From an uncultured Verrucomicrobiae bacterium (GTDB lineage Bacteria > Verrucomicrobiota > Verrucomicrobiia > Limisphaerales > Palsa-1400), in contig CAVPOM010000006.1 of assembly GCA_963707025.1 (NCBI GenBank), positions 96,001 to 160,000 of the forward strand: a stretch of DNA of 64,000 bases, given 5' to 3'. How positions within the stretch are numbered: the first letter of the stretch is position 1; each line of letters starts with the position of its first letter. Under the pieces are notes generated by a model. The model saw only the letters and a program-made list of their open reading frames with translations. It was not told where the DNA came from and made no database searches. Below, piece by piece: positions 40,054 through 50,796 of the stretch. The translations under genes were made by a program, and so were the position numbers.

Positions 40054-40580
40054 AATTGCTGCGCACATGCCCCAAGAAAGCCGCGCTGGCCGCGGTGGCC
40101 GGAGTCTTGCTCGCCCTGGCCGTCCTGCCGGGATGCAACAAAGCGGCCAAGCCGGTCGCGGCTGCTCTCCCCAAGCCCGCCCCCGTCGCCAAAACCACGG
40201 GCGGGACGGGGACAAACCTCCCTGCGGAATTTGTCTCTGTATTTGACGACAGCCCGCCGCCAGGCAATACCGGCCGGGACCCGTTCAACCCCGACTCGAC
40301 CCTGCGGAATCCTGCCGCGGTGGGGCCGAAGATAACCGCCACCACGGTCGTGGCGGCTCCCCTGCTGAGGCTTTACAGCGTGACTGGATCACCGGGACGG
40401 TGGATGGTCGTCATCAACAACCAGATCATTGACTCTACAGAGATCAACAAGCCGATCCCTGTCCGTGTCCCGGGCGGCATCGTCACGGTAAGGGTCGTCG
40501 AAATCGGCGAGGATTATGCTAACGTCACGGTTGACGGCAGCCTCGCGACAAAGCGATTAACCATGGGCCAAAAAAAGTAA
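40050..40580 (+). CDS. PilP/GspC-like lipoprotein
   Basis: Lipobox LPGC, GRDPFNP, VVINNQI; position in the operon. Confidence 0.7.
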   Translation: MKLLRTCPKKAALAAVAGVLLALAVLPGCNKAAKPVAAALPKPAPVAKTTGGTGTNLPAEFVSVFDDSPPPGNTGRDPFNPDSTLRNPAAVGPKITATTVVAAPLLRLYSVTGSPGRWMVVINNQIIDSTEINKPIPVRVPGGIVTVRVVEIGEDYANVTVDGSLATKRLTMGQKK

Positions 40581-40639
40581 CCACCCTGCACGCCATGAAA
40601 ATCTCCACCACTCACCCCTATCAAGACGGGCCAATCCTT

Positions 40640-42458
40640 ATGAAAATCAAACTTCTCATGTTTCTCATCATCCTGGTTGCGGCGCCCGCGCTGATAAGTC
40701 TGGCGCAGACCAACCAGCCAGGACCACAGCCGCAGTCCAACACCGTCGTGACGACCACGACCAGCAATGCACCCCCGATTGAGGCCCCTCTGCCAACGCT
40801 CCCGGTCCAGGGCTTCCCCACCCTGGGCGGCACCAACACAAATATGCCCGGGACCACCACCCCACCCGCCAGCAACACCACCCCGCCCGCCGCCATTGTT
40901 GTTGCCAGCGGCGACGAGCCCGAAGATATGACCTTTGACGATCTGCCGTTGCCCGACGCCGTGCGGCAGTTGGCCCTTCTGGCGGGGCTGAACATTCAGT
41001 TTGATCACCGGCTGGAAAATCCGGTGGACCCGGTGACCCACCTTCCCGTGGCGCTCCCGACGGTGAAGGAAAAATGGAAGAACCTGACCCCGATGCAAGC
41101 GTTGCGCGCCTTATTGGACAAGTATGACTGGCAGATGAAGACCAACCCCACCACTCCGGTCGTCATCATCAGCGCCAGAGAAGCCAACGCGGTCGAACCC
41201 CAGGTGACGGAACGTCATCCTCCTGGGCTACAGCGACCCGACCAACATCATGGCCGAAGTCAGCAAGGCGTTGCCGATGCTCGTCACCATCATTCCAAAC
41301 GTCCGCACTCACCAGGTCATCGTCCGGACAACGGAGCGAATGATGCCCGTCGTCAAGGAGCTCATCGCCCGGCTGGACAGCCAGACAGGGCAAATCTTGA
41401 TCGAAGCCAAGATCATCGAAACCCTCAAGGACATCAATACGGCCAAGGGGATTGATTGGACCGGCACACTCCAATCCCAGCATCTTAGTTTCGGCAATGG
41501 CCTGACCGGTGGAACCACCACCGCCACCACCCAATCCGGCAACAACCTGGCGGGCGCCTCCAGCACCACGACGGCGCCGGGGGGCCGCACTTCCACCACG
41601 GGAAGCCCCCTCACCAGCATCATCAACAACAGCAGCAGTTTCGTCACCACCACCGTGGGCAACGCCTCCCAGGCGGGAGGCATGACGGTCAACACCGCCA
41701 ATGGCTTCAACCCCAAGACCGCCTTCCTCAATGCGGATGGCGTCTCCGCCATCCTCGAGTTTCTCAATACCGATGCCGACACCAAGTCCATCGCCCTGCC
41801 GCGCACCGTCTCGCTCGACGGCCAGAAAACCACCTTGGCCGTCATTCAAAACATTCCTATTTTCCAACAACAGCAGAGCGCCCCGGCGGCCGGCGCCGTC
41901 GCGGGTCTGGCCACGGTGCTGCCCAATTATGAAGTCAAGGTCGGCGAGACGGTCCTCAACGAAGTCGGCTTCAAGCTCACCGTGACCCCCCGCATTGCCG
42001 GAGCGTCCAACGTGCTCATCACCGTCCAGCCGGAAATCTCCAGCGTGGACACCAAGATCGCGACCGACACGTTGAACGGCCAAGTGGAAACCTCCCCCAT
42101 CTTCGACCGGCGCCTGATTACCACCGTGGCGGCGGTGCCGAGCGGGTACACCCTGGTTCTGGGCGGCTTGGATAACGACGTGATGGCCAAGACCTATACC
42201 AAGGTGCCGGGGTTGGGCGACATACCGGGCATCGGCGCGTTGTTCCGCAGCAACACCAAGGACCATACGCGGGATACCATCCTGATTTTTGTCACCCCGA
42301 CCATCATTCGGGAGTCCGACTTCCAGCCCACCGTCACCGATTTCCTGCACAGCAAGAATGAGTCTATGCCGTCCCGCTACAACCCGGTCTGGGACCGCGG
42401 CGCGCCCTATGATTGGACCCAGCCAAAAGCGCCCGTTGAGCCGTACTATAAGCCCTGA
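40640..42458 (+). CDS. Secretin (PilQ/GspD family), single-base frameshift at about 41210
   Basis: QILIEAKIIE, GIDW, KLTVTPRI, TLVLGGL, KVPGLGDIPGIGALFR, IFVTPTII; removing one G joins ORFs 40595 and 41250. Confidence 0.88.
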
Positions 42459-42471
42459 ACACCCTCAAAAT

Positions 42472-45400
42472 ATGCAACTGGTTTTAAGAAACTGCGCGGG
42501 GGGAAAGGGGCGCCTGGCCGGGTGGGCTGCCCTTGTCGCCTGCCTGGCCGTGCTCGCCTGTGCTCCGGCACTCCGGGCGCAAATTGATTACGAGGAAACC
42601 AACGTCACCGTCACCACCATTGGCGGCGGACCGCCGCCGGGCAATCTTTGCGCCAGCCCGGCTGGGTTTGTGGATGGCAACACTCTGGAGGCATCCCAAT
42701 TTGACGGCCCCGTGGACGCGGCCCTGAATTCCCAGGGAACTCTCTTCATCGCCGACTACACCAATAACGCCATCCGCATCGTCACCTCCGTCGGGGACGC
42801 CGTCAACAGCATTACCGAAACGAAGTCCTTTTTCACCAACCTCCCCGGGGTGGTGGGCCTGGCCGTGGACGCGGCCGACAACCTGTATGTGCTGACGCAG
42901 GGCGACAAAATGCTGAGAAAATACAATTATTCGTACAATTTGCTTTTCAGCGAAGTCCTGCCGTTTACGCCTGCGGCGCTGGCGGTTTCCCTGGACTCGG
43001 CCACCAATATATTTGTCGCTTTCACTAATGGGGTGGTGCTGGAGCTGGCACAGAACGGGGTGAGTATTGTGAAAACAACCACCATCGTCGCCGGCGGCTC
43101 GAAACTGAAGCCCGGTGGCATCGCCTGGCGCAGCGATGGGGCTTTGGCCGTGAGCGACCTGGCCAATAACGCCATTTACCTCCTGGTCAACACCAGCAAC
43201 GCCATTCCCTTGCTCTACGCCGGCGGCGGCGCCAATGGTTCGACGGCGGGTTGGGTGGACGGCGTTTTCGGCTTTGCGGAGTTCAATGGACCGTGCGGCC
43301 TGGCCTGGTCGCCCGACGGCCAGTTGGTGGTGGCGGACCGTTTGAACAACGCGGTGCGGCGGATTAATGCCGCGGCCACCACCAGCACCATTTACGGGGT
43401 CAGTTCCAATCTTTGGACGGGGACCTTCTGTCATGCCACGCCCAATGCGATTTTCGCGGGCTGGGTGGATGGCGGTTTCGGCGAGGATCAAACCAACGCC
43501 ACCGGACGCGCCCCAGCCAGCGTGGTCATTGCCTCGTCCAGCACCATCTATGTCACCGAACTGTATTATGATCTGCTGCGCGAGGTGAAGGGAGTCACCT
43601 TCGGGAGCGGCACCAACGCCGTCAGCGCGACCAACGTGGTCATCCCGCCGCCGGTGTTCAGCCCCAATTCCGGATACTTCCCGGAATGCCAGACCATCTT
43701 GGTGACCAGTTTAGCCCCGTCGGTTTATTACACCACCGACGGAACGACCCCCACCACCAACAGCCCGACGGTGCAGATCACCAACATCAGCGTCGTCAAC
43801 GACCAGGTCATTTATGAAGGCTCCTTCCAGTGGTGCAATTCCCTCCTGGATTTGAGTTCCTTGCGCCTCATCACCGCCAGCGGCACCAACGTCAGCGTGG
43901 TCACCAACGGGGTCAGCAGCCTTGTCAATCAAATCGGCTTCCCGTTTTCCCGTGTCGCCGGCAGCGGTTCCACCGCGGTCATTCCCGTGGTGGTCAATTT
44001 GCAAAGCAACGCCACGCTGGCTTCGCTGCAATTCGACCTGGAAATCATTCCGACGACGGCCGCGACGCCGCCCATTGCGGCGGTGACCCTCCTGCCCATT
44101 TCCACCAACGATTTCCTCCAGTTGGTCAGGCAGGCCCCTGGCAATGCGCCGGTCAATTACCAAAGCTTCCCTTACTTTCCGGGGAGCAACGGGCTGGGTT
44201 TGGCCATCCTGGCGCCGGCGGTAAATTCCGGATTGAACGTGCATAATTTCGCGGTGTTGACGTTGTTGGAAGTTCCCATTCCCGCAACGGCGGTCGAAGG
44301 GCAAAGTTACACGCTCAATGTCCGTGACGCTTCCGGCACCTCCAATGCGGCCCAAGGCACCGTGCTGTTCGCCTCCCTGCCCATCCAGACCCTGACCATT
44401 TCCAACTACCAGTATTTTGCGGGGGATTCCTCGCCCTCCAGCGGATACGAGGCGGGCGAATTTGGCGACGGCGCCCTCAACAACAGCGATGTCAACAATG
44501 CGCTCCTCGCCTCCCTGGGCATCCATGTTCCCTTCACCTTCACCGATGCTTACAGCGCGATGGATGTGTATCCTGAAACGGCCACGGAAATAGGGGACGG
44601 CTTGATCACCTATCTGGATTGGCAGCATATTTTGCTGCGCTCACTCGGGGTCGAGACCAACAACTGGGTCCGCTTCTGGACCAACGGCGGCTTTCTCTCG
44701 CACAAGCGCATCGCCTGGTCGCCCGGCCAGACCGTCCCCGTCGGCGTTTCCCCAAATCTTGCGCTGGCCACCGCCGGGACCCGCGCCGTGGCCACTCCCC
44801 AGCCGGGGGTGGCTTGGTTGCGGCAGGCTACCATCCACGCCGGAACCATTGCCCAATTGACTCCTGGCAATACCTATTCCATCCCGGTCTATGTCAATGT
44901 CCTGCCGGGCTGCAGCTTGTCCGGCCTGCAATTCCGCGCCATGCTCGTGCCCAACGGCGCGGCCCCCGCGCCGGGCCAGATTCAATTTAACGCCGTGCCC
45001 GGCCTGCCCCCTCCTTACGCCTCCGCCGCTGGACTCTCGCCCAACGACATCATATACGCCGTGTCGCTCTCCCAGCCTTTCACGCCGGCGCTCCAGGGCA
45101 GCAACGCCCTCGGCTCCATTTCGTTCCAAGTCCCGCCTGGCGCGCAAGCCGGGCAATCCTACACCTTGCGTTTTTCGGGGGTGGACGGGTCGCCCGACTT
45201 CGATACGGCCTATCAATTGGAAAGCGTGCCCGGCTCGGCCTGGGTGAAATCCGCCGCGCTCAGCCCGCCGCAAACCACCTCCGACGAGTGGCGGATGTAC
45301 TTCTTCGGCAGCCTGACCAACGCCCTGGCGCAGGACAATGCGGACCCGGACGGGGACGGCATGGCCAACTGGCAGGAATATCTGGCCGGGACCAATCCCA

Positions 45401-45645
45401 CCAACGCCCTCTCCGCGCTGCAATTCGCCGGGGCCGGGTTGGTCCCCGGCGGCGCGCCCAACATCAATTTGAGCTGGCAGACGGCGCCGGGCAGGCTCTA
45501 CGTCCTGGAATCCAGCCCGGTGGCCGGGGGAAACAACTGGACGCCTGTCAACACCAATCTGGGTGATGGCAACGCCTTCCAGGTTGTCCTGACCAACCAC
45601 ACGGGGACCGCGCGCTTCTATCGCCTCCAACTACTCCAGCCATGA
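42472..45645 (+). CDS. Large exported protein: NHL repeats, Fn3-associated, cohesin-like x2, dockerin-like, TSP3-like, FYR C-terminal domain
   Basis: Signal peptide; LFIADYTNNAIR; YYTTDGTTPT; GDGALNNSD and GDGLITYLD; DPDGDGMANWQEYLAGTNP; RFYRL. Confidence 0.8.
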   Translation: MQLVLRNCAGGKGRLAGWAALVACLAVLACAPALRAQIDYEETNVTVTTIGGGPPPGNLCASPAGFVDGNTLEASQFDGPVDAALNSQGTLFIADYTNNAIRIVTSVGDAVNSITETKSFFTNLPGVVGLAVDAADNLYVLTQGDKMLRKYNYSYNLLFSEVLPFTPAALAVSLDSATNIFVAFTNGVVLELAQNGVSIVKTTTIVAGGSKLKPGGIAWRSDGALAVSDLANNAIYLLVNTSNAIPLLYAGGGANGSTAGWVDGVFGFAEFNGPCGLAWSPDGQLVVADRLNNAVRRINAAATTSTIYGVSSNLWTGTFCHATPNAIFAGWVDGGFGEDQTNATGRAPASVVIASSSTIYVTELYYDLLREVKGVTFGSGTNAVSATNVVIPPPVFSPNSGYFPECQTILVTSLAPSVYYTTDGTTPTTNSPTVQITNISVVNDQVIYEGSFQWCNSLLDLSSLRLITASGTNVSVVTNGVSSLVNQIGFPFSRVAGSGSTAVIPVVVNLQSNATLASLQFDLEIIPTTAATPPIAAVTLLPISTNDFLQLVRQAPGNAPVNYQSFPYFPGSNGLGLAILAPAVNSGLNVHNFAVLTLLEVPIPATAVEGQSYTLNVRDASGTSNAAQGTVLFASLPIQTLTISNYQYFAGDSSPSSGYEAGEFGDGALNNSDVNNALLASLGIHVPFTFTDAYSAMDVYPETATEIGDGLITYLDWQHILLRSLGVETNNWVRFWTNGGFLSHKRIAWSPGQTVPVGVSPNLALATAGTRAVATPQPGVAWLRQATIHAGTIAQLTPGNTYSIPVYVNVLPGCSLSGLQFRAMLVPNGAAPAPGQIQFNAVPGLPPPYASAAGLSPNDIIYAVSLSQPFTPALQGSNALGSISFQVPPGAQAGQSYTLRFSGVDGSPDFDTAYQLESVPGSAWVKSAALSPPQTTSDEWRMYFFGSLTNALAQDNADPDGDGMANWQEYLAGTNPTNALSALQFAGAGLVPGGAPNINLSWQTAPGRLYVLESSPVAGGNNWTPVNTNLGDGNAFQVVLTNHTGTARFYRLQLLQP

Positions 45646-48600
45646 CCACGACACAAAAATCCAACCGGCCCTCCGGCGGCCTGAAGCGGGCCGGCGGAAT
45701 ATTGGCCGCGATGCTTTTCGCCGCCGCCCTGCACGGCCAGCAACAAATCGCCACCGCCATTGCCACGGGCCTGAATCAGCCGGGCTTCGTGACCAGCGAC
45801 CCGGACGACAACATTTACCTGACCAACACTGTCAACAATCGCATCGTCGAGTTCATTCCCCTGACCAATGGCGTGTTCACCCTGGCGGGGTCGGGCACGG
45901 CCCAGTCCGGATTGAGCAACAGCGTTTTCGGCGATCAGGCTCTTTTTTCCTATCCTTTGGGCATTGTCTATGATCCCTTCCGCGGCGGATTGGTGGTGGT
46001 GGATCAGGTCAATCAAGTGTTGCGGCTGGTCACTCTGGGCGGCGCGGTCTCCACCCTGGCCGGCATCCCCTCCACCCTGGCCAACCCGGACGGCGGCGCC
46101 AACGACGGCACGGCGGCCACGGCCCAGTTCAGCGACCCGGTCGGCATCGCGACCAACGGCGTCGGCAACCTGTATATCGCCGACACGGGCAACAACGCCA
46201 TCCGCCGCGTCAACAGCACCAACGGCGTGACCACCGTGCAGGTGATCAACTACACCTTCTACGGCCCGACGGCCGTGGCGTTGGACACCAATAACAACCT
46301 TTGGGTGGCCGACACCAGGAACGACACCATTTGCGTCATCAGCAATATCAGTGTCATCGGCAAGCAATCCGCCTACGTCATCGCCGGCACGCTCGGCCAC
46401 ACCGGCACCAACGATGCGGCCAACGCGTCCAGCGCCTTGTTCAACCAGCCGGGCGGGTTGCTCTGGGACCCGAATGGAGCCGGTTTGCTCATCAGCGACA
46501 CCGGCAACAACACCGTCCGGCGGCTCTATCCCAACCTGGCGCAGGGCGGCTGGTCCGTGCAAACCGTGGCCGGCCTTCCGGGCGTGGCGGGAAAGACGGA
46601 CGGCGTGATCTCCATCGCCGAATTGAGTTCTCCGCTTGGCCTGACGGTGGATGCCGTCAATAACGGCTATTACATCGTGGACATGAAGAACAATGAGTTG
46701 CGCCGTTATCAAACCGGCCCGCCCCAGCCGCCGGTGCAGAACCCGCAAATCGGGTTGGTCACCTTTCCCATCAATCCCGCGACCGGGCAACCGTCCTCCC
46801 TGTTCACCGCGCTGCCCGAGGGCGGCATTTTCAACACCAACAACATTATCGCCATTTTCAATACGGACTCCGACCCGAACGTGCAGACCTATTACCTGGT
46901 GACCAACACGCCGCCCAACCAGTTTGTCAACCCGCCGATTCCCGGCACCAATTCGCTCTTCGCCCCCAATTATCCGGGAAACGGCTCGCCGGAAACCGTG
47001 CAGGACACGACCACCTTGTTCCAACCGCGGCCTTACGAGGTGACGCTCTATGCGATCAGCCTGGCCCGGGGCCGCGCCCCCAGCCAGGTGGTCAGCGCCA
47101 ATTTTTCCTATATCACGGCCCCGCCGGTCATCGGCGGCAACAATGGCGCCACGGTGCAATTGACGGATCTGACCGTGCCTTCGACCATGTGGTACACTTT
47201 GAACAGCAACGCGCCGGTGGTCAACGGGGCCGGCAGCTTTGGGCCGCTCAGCTCTCCCGCCACGATTTCCTTCGTGGTCAACAGCAACGTCACTCTCACG
47301 GTGCAGGCCTATTCCCCCGGCTTTGCTCCCAGCGCCCTGGTCTCCCAAACATTTGCGGCCTCCAATTTCGTCACCGATCAAATGACCTTCGGCTTTGCCT
47401 CGGGTGAAGCTTCCAGCCAGTTCCTGGCAGCCGCCGGGCATCGTTTTTACGTGCCCGTGACCCTGAGCCTCCTGCCGGCCTCCACCATGTATTCCCTGCA
47501 GTTCAACGTCACCGTCACCAACCTGGCCGGCGCTCCGCCGGTCGGGACGACTTACACGTTCGACTCCATGCTCGTCCAGCCCGTCGAAATCAACGGGCAA
47601 TTATTCTATGAAACGATTCCCACAGAGATGTTCACCAACGGCGGGTTTCAAGACCTGCGCTTCACCAATTCCAGCCTCAACCTGCTGGGCGTCGGCTGGC
47701 TGGAAATTCCGCCGGAGACCAATTTATACAACACTGTGGGACAGACCTTGATCACCTATTCGCTGGCGCACGAAACCGTCTTCAATAGTTCGTCCGGCAG
47801 CGTGATCGTTGGCGCCTATTCCTTTGACATTCCCGGCGGCGCCGTCACCAACCAAGCCTATCAAATCCAAATCGGCCGCCCCTCCGCCGATGGAGACGGT
47901 TTCGCCCAGAACGTTCTCATCCAGGCTCCGACCAATGGCTCCCTTGGGGTGGGGGCCATCAATTCCATCAAGAATGTCACGGTGAGTGTCATCCCCTACT
48001 TGGTGGGCGATGTGGCCCCCTTCCGCTGGTTCAACGCCGGTGATTTTGGCGACGGCAATCTCCTCAACAATGACGTTTTGGAAGTATTCCGCGCCGCCGT
48101 TTACCAACTGGAGAGAACTTTGCCCGGCAGCGATTTCTTTGACGCCTTGGATTCTTCCGATGGTTCCTTCAACGATTATTACACCGAGACCGATGCGCAG
48201 ATTAACAACATTTTATTCGGCGACGGGAAATTGGACGTGACCGATGTCTATGTGACCTTCCGCCGCTCCTTGGATCCTTCTTTAAATTGGATCCAGCGAT
48301 ACTGGTCCAATAATGGCGCCGGTGGTTCAGCCTTGTTCGCGCAGACCGTCCCCAACGTGCTTAATCCAGCCAATCCATCCGTGGCCAAGTCGCCGGCGGT
48401 GCGCGTCCCTCAAGTGTCCACCCCGACGCCGCATTTCATCGCGGTCGGGGCGGATGTTGTCCAGGCGGGCGGCAACCAAACTGTGTCGGTGCCCGTCCGT
48501 GTTCTGGCGGCGGATCCCCTTCCCATCCGCGTGCTGATGCTGAACGTGGATGTCATCCCGCTCGACGGCTCTCCCGCCGTGACCAACGCCGTCGCTTTCT

Positions 48601-49238
48601 CCCCCGCCGCCGTTTTGGGGACGCCTGCCATGTCCATGTCGCAAGGCGCCAATAACTACGCCGCCGCCTGGCTTAATTCCTCCAACTCCGGCGTCAGCGG
48701 CACCAATGTCATCGGCACGGTCACCGTCACTTTGCCGCCCGGTGTCACCGCCAATTCGTCTTACCTGGTGCATTTCGAGCATTTCTCCGCCTCGCCCAAC
48801 GGCCTGGCTCTGTTCCAATCCACCATCACGGACGGCTTGATTACGGTGGGCAATCGCACTGGTTCGAGCTGGGGCGATGGCATCCCGGACACCTGGCGGC
48901 TGCTTTGTTTCGGCACCGTTTCCAACCTTCTCTCCGCCGCGAACCTCGATCCCGATGGCGACGGCGCATCCAACTGGCAGGAGTACGTGGCCGGCACCAA
49001 TCCGATGGATCCCGCCTCCGTGCTGCGGTTGACGCCGCTGGCGCCCGCTCCCAACTTCACCGTGCAATGGCCTTCCGTGCCGGGCAAAACTTATATGGTG
49101 CAGAGTTCGGTTTCCCTGTTCTCCACCAACTGGTCCGTCACTGCCAGCAACCTGCCTGGCACCGGCCAAATGATGCAGCTCTCCGACACCAACACCCCCG
49201 CCCCGCCGGCCAGATTCTACCGCGTCCAGGTGCAATAA
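45642..49238 (+). CDS. Paralogous large exported NHL/cohesin-like/dockerin-like/TSP3/FYR protein
   Basis: LYIADTGNNAIRR; GDGNLLNND and GDGKLDVTD; DPDGDGASNWQEYVAGTNP; RFYRV; ATGA-coupled. Confidence 0.8.
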   Translation: MTTTQKSNRPSGGLKRAGGILAAMLFAAALHGQQQIATAIATGLNQPGFVTSDPDDNIYLTNTVNNRIVEFIPLTNGVFTLAGSGTAQSGLSNSVFGDQALFSYPLGIVYDPFRGGLVVVDQVNQVLRLVTLGGAVSTLAGIPSTLANPDGGANDGTAATAQFSDPVGIATNGVGNLYIADTGNNAIRRVNSTNGVTTVQVINYTFYGPTAVALDTNNNLWVADTRNDTICVISNISVIGKQSAYVIAGTLGHTGTNDAANASSALFNQPGGLLWDPNGAGLLISDTGNNTVRRLYPNLAQGGWSVQTVAGLPGVAGKTDGVISIAELSSPLGLTVDAVNNGYYIVDMKNNELRRYQTGPPQPPVQNPQIGLVTFPINPATGQPSSLFTALPEGGIFNTNNIIAIFNTDSDPNVQTYYLVTNTPPNQFVNPPIPGTNSLFAPNYPGNGSPETVQDTTTLFQPRPYEVTLYAISLARGRAPSQVVSANFSYITAPPVIGGNNGATVQLTDLTVPSTMWYTLNSNAPVVNGAGSFGPLSSPATISFVVNSNVTLTVQAYSPGFAPSALVSQTFAASNFVTDQMTFGFASGEASSQFLAAAGHRFYVPVTLSLLPASTMYSLQFNVTVTNLAGAPPVGTTYTFDSMLVQPVEINGQLFYETIPTEMFTNGGFQDLRFTNSSLNLLGVGWLEIPPETNLYNTVGQTLITYSLAHETVFNSSSGSVIVGAYSFDIPGGAVTNQAYQIQIGRPSADGDGFAQNVLIQAPTNGSLGVGAINSIKNVTVSVIPYLVGDVAPFRWFNAGDFGDGNLLNNDVLEVFRAAVYQLERTLPGSDFFDALDSSDGSFNDYYTETDAQINNILFGDGKLDVTDVYVTFRRSLDPSLNWIQRYWSNNGAGGSALFAQTVPNVLNPANPSVAKSPAVRVPQVSTPTPHFIAVGADVVQAGGNQTVSVPVRVLAADPLPIRVLMLNVDVIPLDGSPAVTNAVAFSPAAVLGTPAMSMSQGANNYAAAWLNSSNSGVSGTNVIGTVTVTLPPGVTANSSYLVHFEHFSASPNGLALFQSTITDGLITVGNRTGSSWGDGIPDTWRLLCFGTVSNLLSAANLDPDGDGASNWQEYVAGTNPMDPASVLRLTPLAPAPNFTVQWPSVPGKTYMVQSSVSLFSTNWSVTASNLPGTGQMMQLSDTNTPAPPARFYRVQVQ

Positions 49239-49300
49239 AACAGGAGTTGCCTGCGGAGCGGGCGAGGCCAAACCAAGCGGTTCATTCTGCAACCATCTAT

Positions 49301-50764
49301 CTACTGGATGGCCAGTTCCTGCTTGATTTTGAATTTTTCCACGCGCTTGCGCAAGGTGGCCCGCGTGATGCCCAGAAGTTTGGCGGCCTGGACCTGGTTG
49401 CCTTTGGTTTCCAACAGGGCTTGGATGATGAGTTCCCGTTCCACCGCGGGCAGAACTTTCAGTTGGCCCTCCTGGCGCGCCCATTCAAACAAGGTTCGCC
49501 CCACCGCCGCCCAGTCCAACAGGCCGCCTCCCCCCGCCGGAGCGGCCGCCTTCTCGGGCGGGGCCGGGCCGGGCTTGTCCAGTCCGGCCGCCGGGAGGCT
49601 GGAGATTTCCACCGGGAGGTCGCCCGGCAAAATAACATCGCCCTTGGCCATGACGGTGGCCCGCTGGACCACGTTCTCCAGTTCCCGCACGTTGCCCGGC
49701 CAGTGGAACCGCTCCAGCAGTTCGGCCGCCGCCGGCAGGATGGACTTGGGGGCGCGCCCCTGGGCCTGGGCGAACTTCTTTAAAAAATAGTTGACAAGCA
49801 GGGGAATGTCGTCCCGCCGCTCGCGCAGCGGGGGAATGGGCACGCGCACGACGTTGAGGCGGTAAAACAAGTCCTCGCGGAATTCGCGGGCGGCCACGGC
49901 CTGTTCCAGCGGCTTGTGCGTGGCGGCGATGACCCGCACGTCCACTTGGATGGATTGGTTGCCGCCGACCCGCTCAAAGGCGCCGGACTGGAGGACGCGC
50001 AGGATTTTGGCCTGGGTGGAGAGGGTCATGTCCCCGATCTCGTCCAGGAAAATGGTGCCGTGGTTGCACTGCTCGAATTTGCCGATGCGCTGGGCGGCGG
50101 CGCCGGTAAAAGCGCCTTTTTCGTGGCCGAACAATTCGCTTTCCAGCAAGTTTTCCGGGATGGCGGCGCAGTTGATGGCCAGGAAAGTCTGGGCGTTGCG
50201 CTGGCTGTGATGATAAATGGCGCGCGACACCAGTTCCTTGCCCGTGCCGCTTTCCCCGGTGATCAGCGCGGTGGCGTCGCTCCCGGCCAGTTGCCCGATG
50301 ATTTTGAAGACGTTCTGCATCCTTTCGCTGCGCCCGATGATCCCCAAATCGTAATCCTCCGATTCGAGCAACGGCTGGTAGGAAACGACCTGGCGCATGT
50401 CGCGGGCGGCCTTGAGGGCGTCCAGGACAACCTGCTTGAGCCGGGGCACATCGAAGGGTTTGAGCAGATAATCGTAAGCGCCCAACTTCATCGCCTCGAT
50501 GGCGGTCTGGGTGGTGCCGTAGGCCGTCATCATGATGACCATTTGTTTGGCGTCCATCTGGCGGAGGCGGCGGAGGGTTTCCAGGCCGCTCATCCCGCCC
50601 ATGCGCACGTCCATGATGACCAGGTCTGGTTTGAGGCGGGGGATGAGCTTCAACCCCTCCTCCCCGCTGTCCGCCGTGGTCAACTGGATTTCCGGCTGGT
50701 CAAAAATGCGGCGGAACGAGTATTGCACGTCCGCTTCGTCATCAATTAAAAGGAGCTTGTCCAT
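49301..50764 (-). CDS. Sigma-54-dependent response regulator (NtrC family)
   Basis: REC domain, GESGTGKE, GAFTGA, REDLFYRLNV, WPGNVREL, Fis-type HTH. Confidence 0.95.
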   Translation of the reverse strand: MDKLLLIDDEADVQYSFRRIFDQPEIQLTTADSGEEGLKLIPRLKPDLVIMDVRMGGMSGLETLRRLRQMDAKQMVIMMTAYGTTQTAIEAMKLGAYDYLLKPFDVPRLKQVVLDALKAARDMRQVVSYQPLLESEDYDLGIIGRSERMQNVFKIIGQLAGSDATALITGESGTGKELVSRAIYHHSQRNAQTFLAINCAAIPENLLESELFGHEKGAFTGAAAQRIGKFEQCNHGTIFLDEIGDMTLSTQAKILRVLQSGAFERVGGNQSIQVDVRVIAATHKPLEQAVAAREFREDLFYRLNVVRVPIPPLRERRDDIPLLVNYFLKKFAQAQGRAPKSILPAAAELLERFHWPGNVRELENVVQRATVMAKGDVILPGDLPVEISSLPAAGLDKPGPAPPEKAAAPAGGGGLLDWAAVGRTLFEWARQEGQLKVLPAVERELIIQALLETKGNQVQAAKLLGITRATLRKRVEKFKIKQELAIQ

Positions 50765-50796
50765 GTTCACGCGCCCGCAGCATAACCCAAAGTAAT

